From Roseibacillus sp. (GTDB lineage: Bacteria > Verrucomicrobiota > Verrucomicrobiia > Verrucomicrobiales > Akkermansiaceae): DNA of 64,000 bases. A model generated the notes under the pieces. That model saw only the letters and a program-made list of their open reading frames with translations, was not told the origin of the DNA and searched no databases. The position numbers and the translations under genes were made by a program. Where the stretch lies: positions 64,001 to 128,000 of the forward strand of contig JBPOGI010000002.1 in NCBI GenBank assembly GCA_051251855.1, written 5' to 3'. Below are positions 1-11,666 of this stretch, piece after piece (the first letter of the stretch is position 1; the number at the start of each line of letters is the position of its first letter).

Positions 1-1688
1 GCTGAGCGGGTCTGGATCATGACCGCCCAGTCGAGGGTGAAGGTGACAGCCTCGGCTTTGTCCGGCCTGGTCTCGGAGAACGTGGTGCTGCTGTCGATCT
101 GGCCAGCATCGACCGTCAGAATTTTACGGAGCCGGTCAGTGTCGAATGGGGTCAGGTTTCCTTGCTCTGACTCTGGTGCGAGTTGGGCGCGGATATTCTT
201 TTCGAACACCGCCGCTCCCTCAGGGAATTCTTCCAGAAAGGCGTGGATGTTGCAGAGAGGAGTTCGGTCGAGGCCTGTAATCTTCAGAGTGAGGCTATCA
301 GCGCTGCCAACAAATTCGACCGGAATAGCAAGGAGAGGAAAGCGCAGCCGCTCGGGACCAGAGCGATAAGTCATGCCCACCCCCCACACCATTTCCTGTG
401 GATTGGCTGCCGTTCCGGTTTGGAGCTGCTGACGATAGGAAAAGAGGTCTTGGTAGAGCTTAATGGTCTTGCGCCTTTTCGCTTCCTCTACCGACCAACG
501 TTCCCAATCGGGAAAGTAACTCTCCCACTCGTGTTGGACCTCAAGGTAGTCCTCCAGTTTGTGCACCACAAAGACGCTTTCTGGAGGAGTGAGCGGCAAT
601 TCTTTGGCGGGATCATCTTCAGATAGTTCGGCAATCTCCTTCTTCCGCTGCTCAAATTCTTCCCAGAGTAACGCGGTGGCCTCCTCATCCAAGACGCTGA
701 TTTCCGCTGCCAGTTCCGGAGTCCTGTCAGGATCATCTACCACCATCGTCCAAGCATCCAAGATTTCGGGTAAGGCTGGCGGCTCGATGGGCTTCAGGCG
801 CTCAATAGACAGCCAGCATGAGGAGTCTGGGTTTTCGTCTCCGAGCAAGATTCCCGGCAGTCCCTCAATGGCCTCGTTAGTTAGGTCGCACCAACGGATG
901 CGAGAGTCTGCTCGAATGTCGCAGAGAGGAGTCAGGTCCATCTTGTACCACTCTTCGAGAAAGCCGAACATCTTGGAGAGGTTTGGGGCGAGGCCAGGAT
1001 TTTGTTCAGCAGTGGGGGGCATCAGGTCAGTGGAATTTGTGGACTGAGAGGGCTCAGGAGAGACTTCTTTATCGTTTTGGGATGATGAATTGTGCTCTGG
1101 GAGATGCAACGAACCTTTGTCGGTAAGTGTCCACGAATAGTCGGTTTCGTCGATTTTGACGAAACCGCGTGCTTGTAAGTCATAAAGTTCCCGATTGATC
1201 GACTTTTTCTCGTCCTCAAAGAAAGAAGCCATCTCTTTGGCCTTTGTATGTGGGTTCAGGTGGAGAAAGGCAATGATCGCGGTCAGTCGCTCAGCAGTCC
1301 TCTGCTGGTCCGGCGTTGTAGAGGAGCTCTTTTCTGACCTCCATGGGAGGAGGTGCTCGTTCTCTTTGCCGAGCTGAATCCAGTGCGGAGTTGTCTGTCC
1401 AGCTAGAATGGTGGGGAGGTGCTTGCGGAGATTCCAAGCCAAATAGGCCGCCCCCTCTTCCCGAGAGGATACCTCGTCGGGCACTTCAAATCGAATCTCG
1501 GCGAGCGTACGGGAGGTTTGCAGGATTCCCGTAAAGAGAACAGAAGGCTGAAAGTTTCGACCTTGTACTCGAAGGGCTCCCAAGGAGAGGTTCCCAAAGT
1601 CATAGCTCAGTTCAGAGAGATCGTATTCGTCCTGCTCAGTCACCGGCTCGAAGCCAAACTCAGGAAGGAAGGTCCACAAATCACACAT
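1..1688 (-). CDS. Large protein, N-terminal 562 aa only (runs off window); resembles the N-terminal region of SF1 helicase / AAA-domain nuclease fusions; contains a Z-alpha-like winged helix
   Basis: My translation from ATG 1688 (MCDLWTFLPEFG...) is open to the window edge; absent from the ORF track because no stop is in view. The motif LYQDLFSYRQQL..EMVWGVGM..LRFPLLAIPVEF recalls that family; helicase motifs are not visible here. Confidence 0.65.
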   Translation of the reverse strand, partial: MCDLWTFLPEFGFEPVTEQDEYDLSELSYDFGNLSLGALRVQGRNFQPSVLFTGILQTSRTLAEIRFEVPDEVSSREEGAAYLAWNLRKHLPTILAGQTTPHWIQLGKENEHLLPWRSEKSSSTTPDQQRTAERLTAIIAFLHLNPHTKAKEMASFFEDEKKSINRELYDLQARGFVKIDETDYSWTLTDKGSLHLPEHNSSSQNDKEVSPEPSQSTNSTDLMPPTAEQNPGLAPNLSKMFGFLEEWYKMDLTPLCDIRADSRIRWCDLTNEAIEGLPGILLGDENPDSSCWLSIERLKPIEPPALPEILDAWTMVVDDPDRTPELAAEISVLDEEATALLWEEFEQRKKEIAELSEDDPAKELPLTPPESVFVVHKLEDYLEVQHEWESYFPDWERWSVEEAKRRKTIKLYQDLFSYRQQLQTGTAANPQEMVWGVGMTYRSGPERLRFPLLAIPVEFVGSADSLTLKITGLDRTPLCNIHAFLEEFPEGAAVFEKNIRAQLAPESEQGNLTPFDTDRLRKILTVDAGQIDSSTTFSETRPDKAEAVTFTLDWAVMIQTRS

Positions 1689-1690
1689 GG

Positions 1691-2947
1691 TTAGAGAACG
1701 GGATTTGTTTCGGCTTGCTCATGAAGCTGCTCAAGAAGTTTGACGTAAATCATCGCCCGCGAGATTAGTTCTTTGGCAAATTCAGTTCTTTTCTTTAAAT
1801 CAAAAAAATCAGCGATGACGTTGTCGGTCATGACCCAAGGATGTTCTAAGTTGTGGTAGCCTACGGGCCACATTTCGCCGTGCCAAGGAGCTAGCGGATC
1901 GGCCTTGTGGACTTCGTTTTCTTCACTCTCAACGCATAGGAGCTCATCAAGTACAGCCAGAGTAGAAGCCTCTTTTTTGGTTGATTCGCCAATGTTCCAT
2001 TTGGACTCTATCCCGATGACCAGAGCGCTTCTCTTGGCAAAATGAAGAATTACAATTTGATAGCGAGTGGCGGCAAAAGGACCTGAGGCTGGCGATAGTC
2101 TAATTGATCCCAAAGGATCTTTTCCGAACCGATTGTCAATAAAGTTGGCGCGTAGTTTGCCCGGATAGTCAGGTGGAAGTTCTGCAATTAAACTTTCAGC
2201 AAGGAGATCGAGGGCTCTTGCTTTGACTTCCTCAACGCCAGCGTTGAAGTCCGCTCGCATACGAATGAGGTTGGGATTGGCGACGAGGTGATCGGCGATG
2301 TCTTTCATAGCTTGGTGTTCGAGTGTTCGACCGGTAAGGGTCCGGACCAAGTGGCGGTATTGGAGGAGGACTTGGTTTACAGGGATGATTGAGAAGGTTG
2401 CGGATAGACAGCTATCGAGCCAAGGGAGGATATGGTCTCGATAGGAAATACGAAGATAATCAGCTCCCTCGTGGGTGTAAGATTCTTTTCCGTCCAAAGT
2501 GAGATAAATGAGGAGATTGTTTTCTGGATAGTTGTCCTCAAGGTATTTCGCGTAGCGGGCGAGTTGTCTCGGTTGTTCGACTGCATCGATCTTATTTTCA
2601 ATCGCAATGCCCATTTCGGACGATTCGAGGAGGAGATCAATCTGGCCTTGTGCTGTGATAGCTTCTTTGCGGACCTCAAAAGAATCACTCTGAAAGTCTT
2701 TGGGTGCTTCTTTAAGAGAATCGAAGAAGAGGCTGAGAAAGAGTTCTCCGCAATCGTGAGTCCCCAACGGGTTGAGAAGATTATGTATGAAGCGGGTGTG
2801 GAGCCTCACTTCGTCATTCGCCTTTAGGACAGTGGTGAAGACGTTAAAATTAGAATGAGTCGCGCGAGCGCGCTCCTCATTGCGAACTCGCCACTCCTGC
2901 ACCAAGTCAGAGAGTGATGAAAGTTGATTAAAGTCGGCGGTGGTCAT
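1691..2947 (-). CDS. PD-(D/E)XK nuclease family protein (PDDEXK_4-like)
   Basis: FNVF..DEVRLHTRFIHNLLNP.GTH, IDLLLES..IAIENKIDA.EQPRQLARY. Confidence 0.85.
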   Translation of the reverse strand: MTTADFNQLSSLSDLVQEWRVRNEERARATHSNFNVFTTVLKANDEVRLHTRFIHNLLNPLGTHDCGELFLSLFFDSLKEAPKDFQSDSFEVRKEAITAQGQIDLLLESSEMGIAIENKIDAVEQPRQLARYAKYLEDNYPENNLLIYLTLDGKESYTHEGADYLRISYRDHILPWLDSCLSATFSIIPVNQVLLQYRHLVRTLTGRTLEHQAMKDIADHLVANPNLIRMRADFNAGVEEVKARALDLLAESLIAELPPDYPGKLRANFIDNRFGKDPLGSIRLSPASGPFAATRYQIVILHFAKRSALVIGIESKWNIGESTKKEASTLAVLDELLCVESEENEVHKADPLAPWHGEMWPVGYHNLEHPWVMTDNVIADFFDLKKRTEFAKELISRAMIYVKLLEQLHEQAETNPVL

Positions 2948-3009
2948 GATGGGATTGGCTGAGGTCGTAGAGCCTATCGTTTTAAGACGAAGTTTAAGAG
3001 CAAGAGCTG

Positions 3010-3696
3010 TTACAAATGCCCTCCCGGTCGAGGGAGGTCATCCCAATTTCCATCAAAGCAATTTGCCGCTGTGCCTACAAACGCTTCGAAAAATCGTCGC
3101 CGCATATCGGAGTCTTCTTTGAATACTGACATCCAAACGCCAAAAAAACCGTAGCCCTTTGCTACATCCGTGATGGTTTCTCGCATTTCATCAGTGTCGT
3201 TTCTTGTAAGCGCGGCAAATTTTCTGATGGCAAGTTCCCACACTAATTCTCGGTTTGCGAATCGCGCGTCTCGCTCGGCAGGTTGTTTTTCGGGTGGTTG
3301 TCCCGGATGCCGATCTAAACCTACGAGATCGATGAGTTCTACGGCTTTGTCTTTAAGCTCGGAGGATAGGCCATCTGCGGTTCCAATAAGACCGCCTGGT
3401 TGATAGCCGATGGCTCTAAGAGTATTGTCTTTGTCCGGCCAGACAAAGTCGTTGTCGTTTGTGGGTTTTGCTTTCTTTACAGAATTACAACTCTTGCAAG
3501 CCAAGAGGAAGTTGGTCCAATCTTTTTCTCTCTCCTCGTCTAGGCTTTTCGGAGAGACGTGTTCGACAGCAAGCTCGCTTGGGAAATGACGCTCGCAATA
3601 GGAGCAATAACATCCTAGGCGTTCTTCGAGATCTCCAATGGCGTCACCGTAGTGACTGTATTCTCTGGGAGCGCTGCCTCTTTCTACCGGTCTCAT
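3010..3696 (-). CDS. HNH endonuclease, Septu PtuB-like
   Basis: YCSYCE...VEHVSPKS...WTNFLLACKSCNSVK; overlaps the upstream ATPase by 4 bp. Confidence 0.85.
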   Translation of the reverse strand: MRPVERGSAPREYSHYGDAIGDLEERLGCYCSYCERHFPSELAVEHVSPKSLDEEREKDWTNFLLACKSCNSVKKAKPTNDNDFVWPDKDNTLRAIGYQPGGLIGTADGLSSELKDKAVELIDLVGLDRHPGQPPEKQPAERDARFANRELVWELAIRKFAALTRNDTDEMRETITDVAKGYGFFGVWMSVFKEDSDMRRRFFEAFVGTAANCFDGNWDDLPRPGGHL

Positions 3697-5168
3697 TGGT
3701 CTTCGTGTTGTAGCTCTTCGGACTTGAGCAATGCATGGAGAGCAGGGTGCGAAGTGAAGGGCTCGGACGCTTCTCGATACGCCAATTTGGCCTCCTTGAT
3801 GCTTTCGTGGTTTTGGGGTTCTTCACGCAGTAGGGAAAAATATCTTGTTGCGGCTTTACTTAGTTCTTCAGCCCGTCTTCCTCGCTGTGGTAAATCGATT
3901 CCTTGAATGTCTTCGACAATGTCTTCGATACTTCTGCTTTCGGCTTCGAAGGAATGAGGTCCAGCCTTGGTTACCTTCATAATTTTTTCGACTGGGACGC
4001 TTTGAATGACGAAGGGGGAATGGGTCGTGGCGATGAACTGGCAGGATGGAAAAAGCTCTTCCAGATAGGGGACGATCATTCGTTGCCATCTCGGGTGAAG
4101 GTGAACGTCGATCTCGTCGATAAGAATGATTGCTGATGATTCTGTGATTGGGGAGGATGGATCAAGAGACAGGTTCCACGCGATGTCAATGAACAGGGAG
4201 AGCAACCGCTGTTCCCCATCCGAGAGTTGACCAATCGGCAAGCTGCCATCGGGTGTGTCGATGACAATCCTTGGCACGAGTTTGACTTCCGCCACATATG
4301 AATCGATGAACGACGGTTCCCTTAGATCTGTAACCTCAAGTGCGACTTGGGCAAGTTGTCTAAAGGGTGTTGATACGATGCCTAGTTTTTCATTGCCCTT
4401 TATAAAACCATCGGCATTTATAGTGATACTCCTTTCTTCAATGCCGTTGAAAACATCGGGATTGAGCTGGAAGATTCTCATCAAGAGTTCCGGCATGTCT
4501 TTGACAAAATGAGCCTCTTCTTTGTCTCCAAGATGTTTTTCATCTACTCTGTTGAGCGAGCAAGAGTAAGCTTCAAACCGCCAATGAAATTTAGTAATTC
4601 GATCAGAAATTCTAGAGAGAGCATCTTCTAGAAAAGCTCGAATTTCAAGGCCACGGACTGAACTCTCGCTAGTAGGGTTGGCAGGCTGACTAACGCGTTG
4701 TGGGCGTTGCTTGGATTCGTGCTCTAGTTGGTAAATTCTTTCCTGAAAATCAATGTTACGGGTCGAGCTTTTATTTTTTGGCGTCCATGGGGGTCTTCCT
4801 CTCAAGTTGTTTACAAGAGCTTCATTCGACCCATAGAAGAGGATCTTTATATCAGATTTGTCTCCTCCACGATAAAGTCGATCACCGAATCGACGCTGGT
4901 ATTGAAAGTCTCGTTTTTGATGATTATCGCCGACCAGAGAAGTTAAAATTTGAAGGCTGTCTTCTCCAAGTCGTATGTCTAAGTTGTTCAACGCATGTCT
5001 TTTTAAAGAGATTTTCCTCGGTGAACCCAAGCACATGAAGATTGAGCGAAGCACGGTAGTTTTTCCAAATCCGTTTTCGCCGACCAAAAGATTGAAGCCT
5101 TTATTAAAACTGTATTTAGCTTCCGCGAACTGTCTCACGTTATTCAATCGAAGTTTTTCAATGTGCAT
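3693..5168 (-). CDS. ABC/AAA ATPase, Septu PtuA-like
   Basis: Walker A GENGFGKT, signature LSDGEQR, Walker B ILIDEIDVHLHPRWQR, TTHSP. Confidence 0.85.
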   Translation of the reverse strand: MHIEKLRLNNVRQFAEAKYSFNKGFNLLVGENGFGKTTVLRSIFMCLGSPRKISLKRHALNNLDIRLGEDSLQILTSLVGDNHQKRDFQYQRRFGDRLYRGGDKSDIKILFYGSNEALVNNLRGRPPWTPKNKSSTRNIDFQERIYQLEHESKQRPQRVSQPANPTSESSVRGLEIRAFLEDALSRISDRITKFHWRFEAYSCSLNRVDEKHLGDKEEAHFVKDMPELLMRIFQLNPDVFNGIEERSITINADGFIKGNEKLGIVSTPFRQLAQVALEVTDLREPSFIDSYVAEVKLVPRIVIDTPDGSLPIGQLSDGEQRLLSLFIDIAWNLSLDPSSPITESSAIILIDEIDVHLHPRWQRMIVPYLEELFPSCQFIATTHSPFVIQSVPVEKIMKVTKAGPHSFEAESRSIEDIVEDIQGIDLPQRGRRAEELSKAATRYFSLLREEPQNHESIKEAKLAYREASEPFTSHPALHALLKSEELQHEDQ

Positions 5169-5183
5169 ATTATTGGAGCTGGT

Positions 5184-6514
5184 TTAGATGTTACGGACGT
5201 CGATCTTGCCGGTGACGGCGGCGGAGATGAGGGCGGTCCGGCGTTCTTGAAGGAGGGCGATTTGGGTTTCTGCTTTTGCGTTTGAATCGTCAAACTTTTC
5301 GGTGAATTCATTCAAGTAAGCCAAGATTTCGGGCAGCTCGTCATTGCTAGGAATTGCGATGGGAATATTGCCTAAGTCTTCCATAGAAAGATTTGGCTGC
5401 GCAGCTTGGACAGAATTTAGGCTGATTGAGTTAAGAGCCACATCTGTTCCGAGCCATAAATCCATCCAATGAGAGAAGTGTTTTTTAAAGAGTCGTAGAT
5501 AGCAGACTGCCTGATTTGTGTTGGAAGGTAGTAACTCTCTTTGCAGAACTGCCGATTTTCCAGTGGTGGCTCCTGCTATTACTACAAGAACATCGTTTTC
5601 CTCGAGATTTCCGCGAGAAAGGATCTTATGAGAATTCTGAGAAATGAAAAATTCGGGAGTATTAGAGACACCAGTTGTGGTGATGTTTTCAGCTTTTAAG
5701 AATCTGACTCCTGAGTCAATGAACTCAGCGCCGACCGTCGACGGAGTAGTTCCCTTTGAAATGATTGAGCAAAGGTTCTTTATGCGTTTTACCGACCAAT
5801 GTTCAGGGACTTGGCCGAGCCATTCGATGCCGGAGTCTTTGAGGGGGGCCTGGGGATTGAGGCCTTTGGTGACGGCGTGGCTGATGACGGCTTGGCGTTT
5901 TTCTTTGAGCAGGGCAATCAGCTCTTGCTGCTTCTCGATCAAAAGGTCGATCTTCCCCGTCTCGTGGTCGAGGAATTTGGCGATTTGTATTTGTTCGGGG
6001 AGGGGTGGCTTGGGTGAGTCGAAATTTCCAAGCTCTTCATTAGAGATTTCAAGAAAAGTGCTACCTCGACCGAGAACGTTCAATTTTTCGGAACTCACCA
6101 GCAGGAAGTAGAATAGAAACTTAAAGTCTGTGTTCTTTTCAACAACTAGCGACTTACAGCCTTGGTTTGTGCAAAGGTTGGTTGAAGCGATTCCGAGGGT
6201 TCCGATTGGGGCTCTTGATGAGAGAATTAGAGAACTTTGTGGAACCAGAGATGTCCCACAGGATTCATAACCTTGTTTAGTAATGCTTCGCGCTCCTCTT
6301 GTGATGTAGGGAGTGGAGTCCTTGCCCAAATCAGCAGGTGTTACCCATGGTATGTCACCATCCCAAAACCGAGTAGTATCAGATTTGGGTGTAGAGCCGT
6401 TGTGAAGCAGGCATAGGCGCTTGATCGTTGATGTAATCCAGTGATTAGGAAGCTCCCCCAACCACTCAATCCCCGAATCCTGATACTCTGGATAGGCTTG
6501 ATACCTTCCGGTTT

Positions 6515-6518
<4 letters not shown>
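5184..6518 (-). CDS. hsdS: Type I restriction-modification specificity subunit
   Basis: Start moved to [12 protein letters not shown] (ATGA overlap with the hsdM stop); two [11 protein letters not shown] repeats, two TRDs, C-terminal [12 protein letters not shown]. Confidence 0.93.
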
Positions 6519-8836
<2,318 letters not shown>

Positions 8837-8945
8837 ACAGAGTGTGTCCCCCTAAGCTGACTAAGTCACCGCAAGGCGGCAATGATGAAGTCCTCGAAGC
8901 TTGTTCATGGGAAGGGAGCCTGCGGACCGGTTGAGGGCCTAGAAT

Positions 8946-10079
8946 TCAAGCGGAAGGGACGAGGGGCGGGCCCTCAGTGGTGTTTGTCCTTTTGTGGGGC
9001 TCCGAACGCACAAGAGAGCCGTCGTGAAAGGACGAAGGGAACTCTCGTTTCTGGAGGTCGAGGGGCCATTCTTCCCACCTGCCACCATGTGGATCCCGGA
9101 CTTTTAGGGGGAAGCCGTTGTCTAGAATATTCGCCCCGAGCTGCTTCATGAAGAAGGCGGTCTCGCTCTGCTGGCATTGTGATTGAATCGAGCGGGCCCA
9201 ATCGAGATCAAATGGTCGCGCGAGCTTGCCGCTTTCGCCACCCACGATGGCCCAGTCGATTCCTTGCAGATCGAGAGTGACGTCTTCCCGCAGGGGCTCG
9301 ATGCTGAGGCCACGAACTTTGGCAGGAACCTTTCTGAGGTCGGCGATTCGACTGGAGGTGGCTTGGCTGGTGATCGTGGTCATGGCCACAAGATTGTCGG
9401 GCCAGGTCTGACCTTGGGACTCAAGCCACTGAGCAAATTCGGCCATTCGCTTGGGACGCTTGGTCAACCATTGCCAGATGTGACGCTGGCCTTGAGGGCT
9501 GGTGACGCTGTCGATGACTTCGGTTTTCAGGTAGTCGAATCCAATGGACTTGGAAAGGGCGTCACCCATATCGGAGACGAAGATCAAGCGTGGTAGGTTG
9601 TCGAGCCAAGGTGAGCCTTTAGTCTTCTTTCCCCAGAGGTCGGGGAGCTTAGCAGCCTTCGCGATCCGCCCCGGGAACATCTCGGGGCGCTCGAAGATGG
9701 CGGCGTATCCTTTCACGGAAGGAATTGACCAATCGGAAGGTTTCCCTCCCCGATAGGCATGCAGAATGGCGGCATAACAGGTGAGGATTTGCTCGATTTT
9801 GTCGAGCCAGTAGTGGGCGGCGACGTCAGCAATCAGTCTTTCTAACTTGAGGGCGAGCTCGACTCGGTCGTGATAGATCTGGGTCGAGTATTGATAGGAA
9901 TTGATTGCCGTGCGAACGGCAGTCGTGATTGGCTCCTTCCCTTGTTTGGAGAGAGACAAAGCAAGGGCGATGAGTTCGGACTTTATCTTGGAAGGATTGG
10001 GCCACAGTTCACAACCATCACATCCCATGGAAGGATTGGCGGTGGTGTGAGTCCATTGAATTTTGGTGGTTAGGCTCAT
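8946..10079 (-). CDS. DUF5131 (phage Gp37/Gp68-like, radical-SAM-like) protein
   Basis: TKIQWT..TANPSMGC, CYA, IFVSDMGD, LTKRP, SIEPL, WAIVGGESG, FFMKQLG. Confidence 0.88.
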   Translation of the reverse strand: MSLTTKIQWTHTTANPSMGCDGCELWPNPSKIKSELIALALSLSKQGKEPITTAVRTAINSYQYSTQIYHDRVELALKLERLIADVAAHYWLDKIEQILTCYAAILHAYRGGKPSDWSIPSVKGYAAIFERPEMFPGRIAKAAKLPDLWGKKTKGSPWLDNLPRLIFVSDMGDALSKSIGFDYLKTEVIDSVTSPQGQRHIWQWLTKRPKRMAEFAQWLESQGQTWPDNLVAMTTITSQATSSRIADLRKVPAKVRGLSIEPLREDVTLDLQGIDWAIVGGESGKLARPFDLDWARSIQSQCQQSETAFFMKQLGANILDNGFPLKVRDPHGGRWEEWPLDLQKREFPSSFHDGSLVRSEPHKRTNTTEGPPLVPSA

Positions 10080-10085
10080 GGTGCT

Positions 10086-10853
10086 CTAGGTCTGGGGTCC
10101 AGGGGTGGGGAGGTCTTTGTTTTTGAGGAGGGTTTGCAGTTCGGCGATGGCCATATCGGCGACTTCGTAAGCTTCTTGGTCTCTCCGACTGCCTATCGAT
10201 TTGGAGAGTGCTGCCAAGAGAGAGGCGGTCACCCGTTGGACCTGCGCCTGGAGTTTGGGATCTCTTGTTGAGTCCTTGGCGGGATTGTCAGGAGAGAAAT
10301 GGTTGCTGATGGTCTCCACGTCAACGAGTGCGTCTTCGAGGGAGAGCTTGCGGGCGTCCGTTTTGCTTCCGTCGGCTAGAATTAGGGGAGAGGAGGCTGA
10401 TTCACGGGACTGACTTCTCCCTTGTTGAATCTGCTTGAGCCCATTCTCTTTCTTCTTGGCGTCCTTCTTTGCGAGGTGGGCCTGAATGCCTCCTATCGTC
10501 AAATCGGAAAGGTCTTCCGATTTGGCGTAGGCTTCCAAGCTGGGATAATTCTTGGTTTCCTCCCAGATGCGGATGTAGGTGCTCGCACTGCGGGGGTGGA
10601 TTTTCAGCTCCTCCCCAGTGTAATCCTCCCAAGTGCCATGAGGCTTAGACTCTTTGAGATCGGCAAGCAGTTCCCCCAACTCACGTGCGAGATGGAGGGT
10701 CTTGCTTCTCATAGAGCCGATGGTTTGGCTCAGTTCTCTGGCCTTGTTTTCTTTCTGAAGGGTTTTGGTGTTTTCTATTTCTGCATCCGTTGGCACCCGG
10801 TCTGGTGCGGGTGGGACGACCTGGGGGACAACTGGTGGGGTGTCGGGTTTCAT
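10086..10853 (-). CDS. DUF3102-like protein
   Basis: ELGELLADLKESKPHGTWEDY...RSASTYIRI; probable start MKPDTPP after a terminator-like hairpin. Confidence 0.65.
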   Translation of the reverse strand: MKPDTPPVVPQVVPPAPDRVPTDAEIENTKTLQKENKARELSQTIGSMRSKTLHLARELGELLADLKESKPHGTWEDYTGEELKIHPRSASTYIRIWEETKNYPSLEAYAKSEDLSDLTIGGIQAHLAKKDAKKKENGLKQIQQGRSQSRESASSPLILADGSKTDARKLSLEDALVDVETISNHFSPDNPAKDSTRDPKLQAQVQRVTASLLAALSKSIGSRRDQEAYEVADMAIAELQTLLKNKDLPTPGPQT

Positions 10854-10876
10854 TTCTTTAGTTTGTTGTAGTTGGT

Positions 10877-10912
10877 AAAAAAATGGGGCGCAGGAAATGA
10901 ATCCCACGCCCC
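10877..10912 (-). terminator. Intrinsic terminator-like hairpin
   Basis: GGGGCG..CGCCCC stem followed by a T7 tract on the minus strand. Confidence 0.6.
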
Positions 10913-10927
10913 GTTGTTCTTGTTTCG

Positions 10928-11452
10928 TTATGCCGCATCAATCAATCGACCTAACTCGTTTTTCAGGCGGACTTTGTCTTCCAGACGGAGCCGACGTGCT
11001 TGGTTTAATACCGTCGCAAGATTCAGCTTTTGAGGCTTCTTCGTTCTTCCGCGATGGTCGGCTTTAGAAGCCGTTCGTCGCGGTTGTGGTCGCGTCACGC
11101 GTTCCCGAATCGGTGATGCCGGGTCAGGTGCTGAATCAGGGGTGTCAGCCCTCGGTTCTGGTTGCGTCTCCACGACCTCATCTTCCGAGCCAGGGGGGAG
11201 CTGCGTTGGAGTGGTATTGTCCTTCGGATGAAAGACGCTGGCCACTTGGGGAGTGTTCTCTAACACTTGCCTGATTTCCTCTGGGTTCACCAGATAAGGC
11301 TGACGCTCGCCTTGCTGTTCTTTTCTTACCTTATTGCCTTTGGCCCATCTCTTAACCGTGGATTCTGCGCAGCCGTATTCGGCGGCTACTTCTTTACAGG
11401 TAGCCCACTTTGTCTCTTGTGAGGCCGAAGCCTCTTCGTTGGTTGTGTTCAT
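10928..11452 (-). CDS. Helix-turn-helix (MerR/excisionase-like) DNA-binding protein
   Basis: WATCKEVAAEYGCAESTVKRWAK followed by a Pro-rich linker. Confidence 0.65.
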   Translation of the reverse strand: MNTTNEEASASQETKWATCKEVAAEYGCAESTVKRWAKGNKVRKEQQGERQPYLVNPEEIRQVLENTPQVASVFHPKDNTTPTQLPPGSEDEVVETQPEPRADTPDSAPDPASPIRERVTRPQPRRTASKADHRGRTKKPQKLNLATVLNQARRLRLEDKVRLKNELGRLIDAA

Positions 11453-11613
11453 AATAAAATTCTAAAATAAAATTGAGGGCTCCTCAGATTCTGGGAGGAG
11501 CCCAGTTGGTTTTGAGAGCCCCCCAGCTGGGGCTCTTCGGACGGAATGTCCGATTGGAGGCGTTGCTCCATTGTTGGACGCTTCGGACACAACTTACGTC
11601 ATGTCCTCCGCAG

Positions 11614-11647
11614 AAACCCATCGGGCACCTCTCGATGCAATGGGCTT
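11614..11647 (-). ncRNA. Group II intron domain V
   Basis: AAGCCCATTGCATCGAGAGGTGCCCGATGGGTTT: 34 nt, AGC triad, 9-bp + 5-bp stems, GAGA tetraloop, 2-nt bulge. Confidence 0.88.
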
Positions 11648-11666
11648 ACTCCAGACGACACCACGC

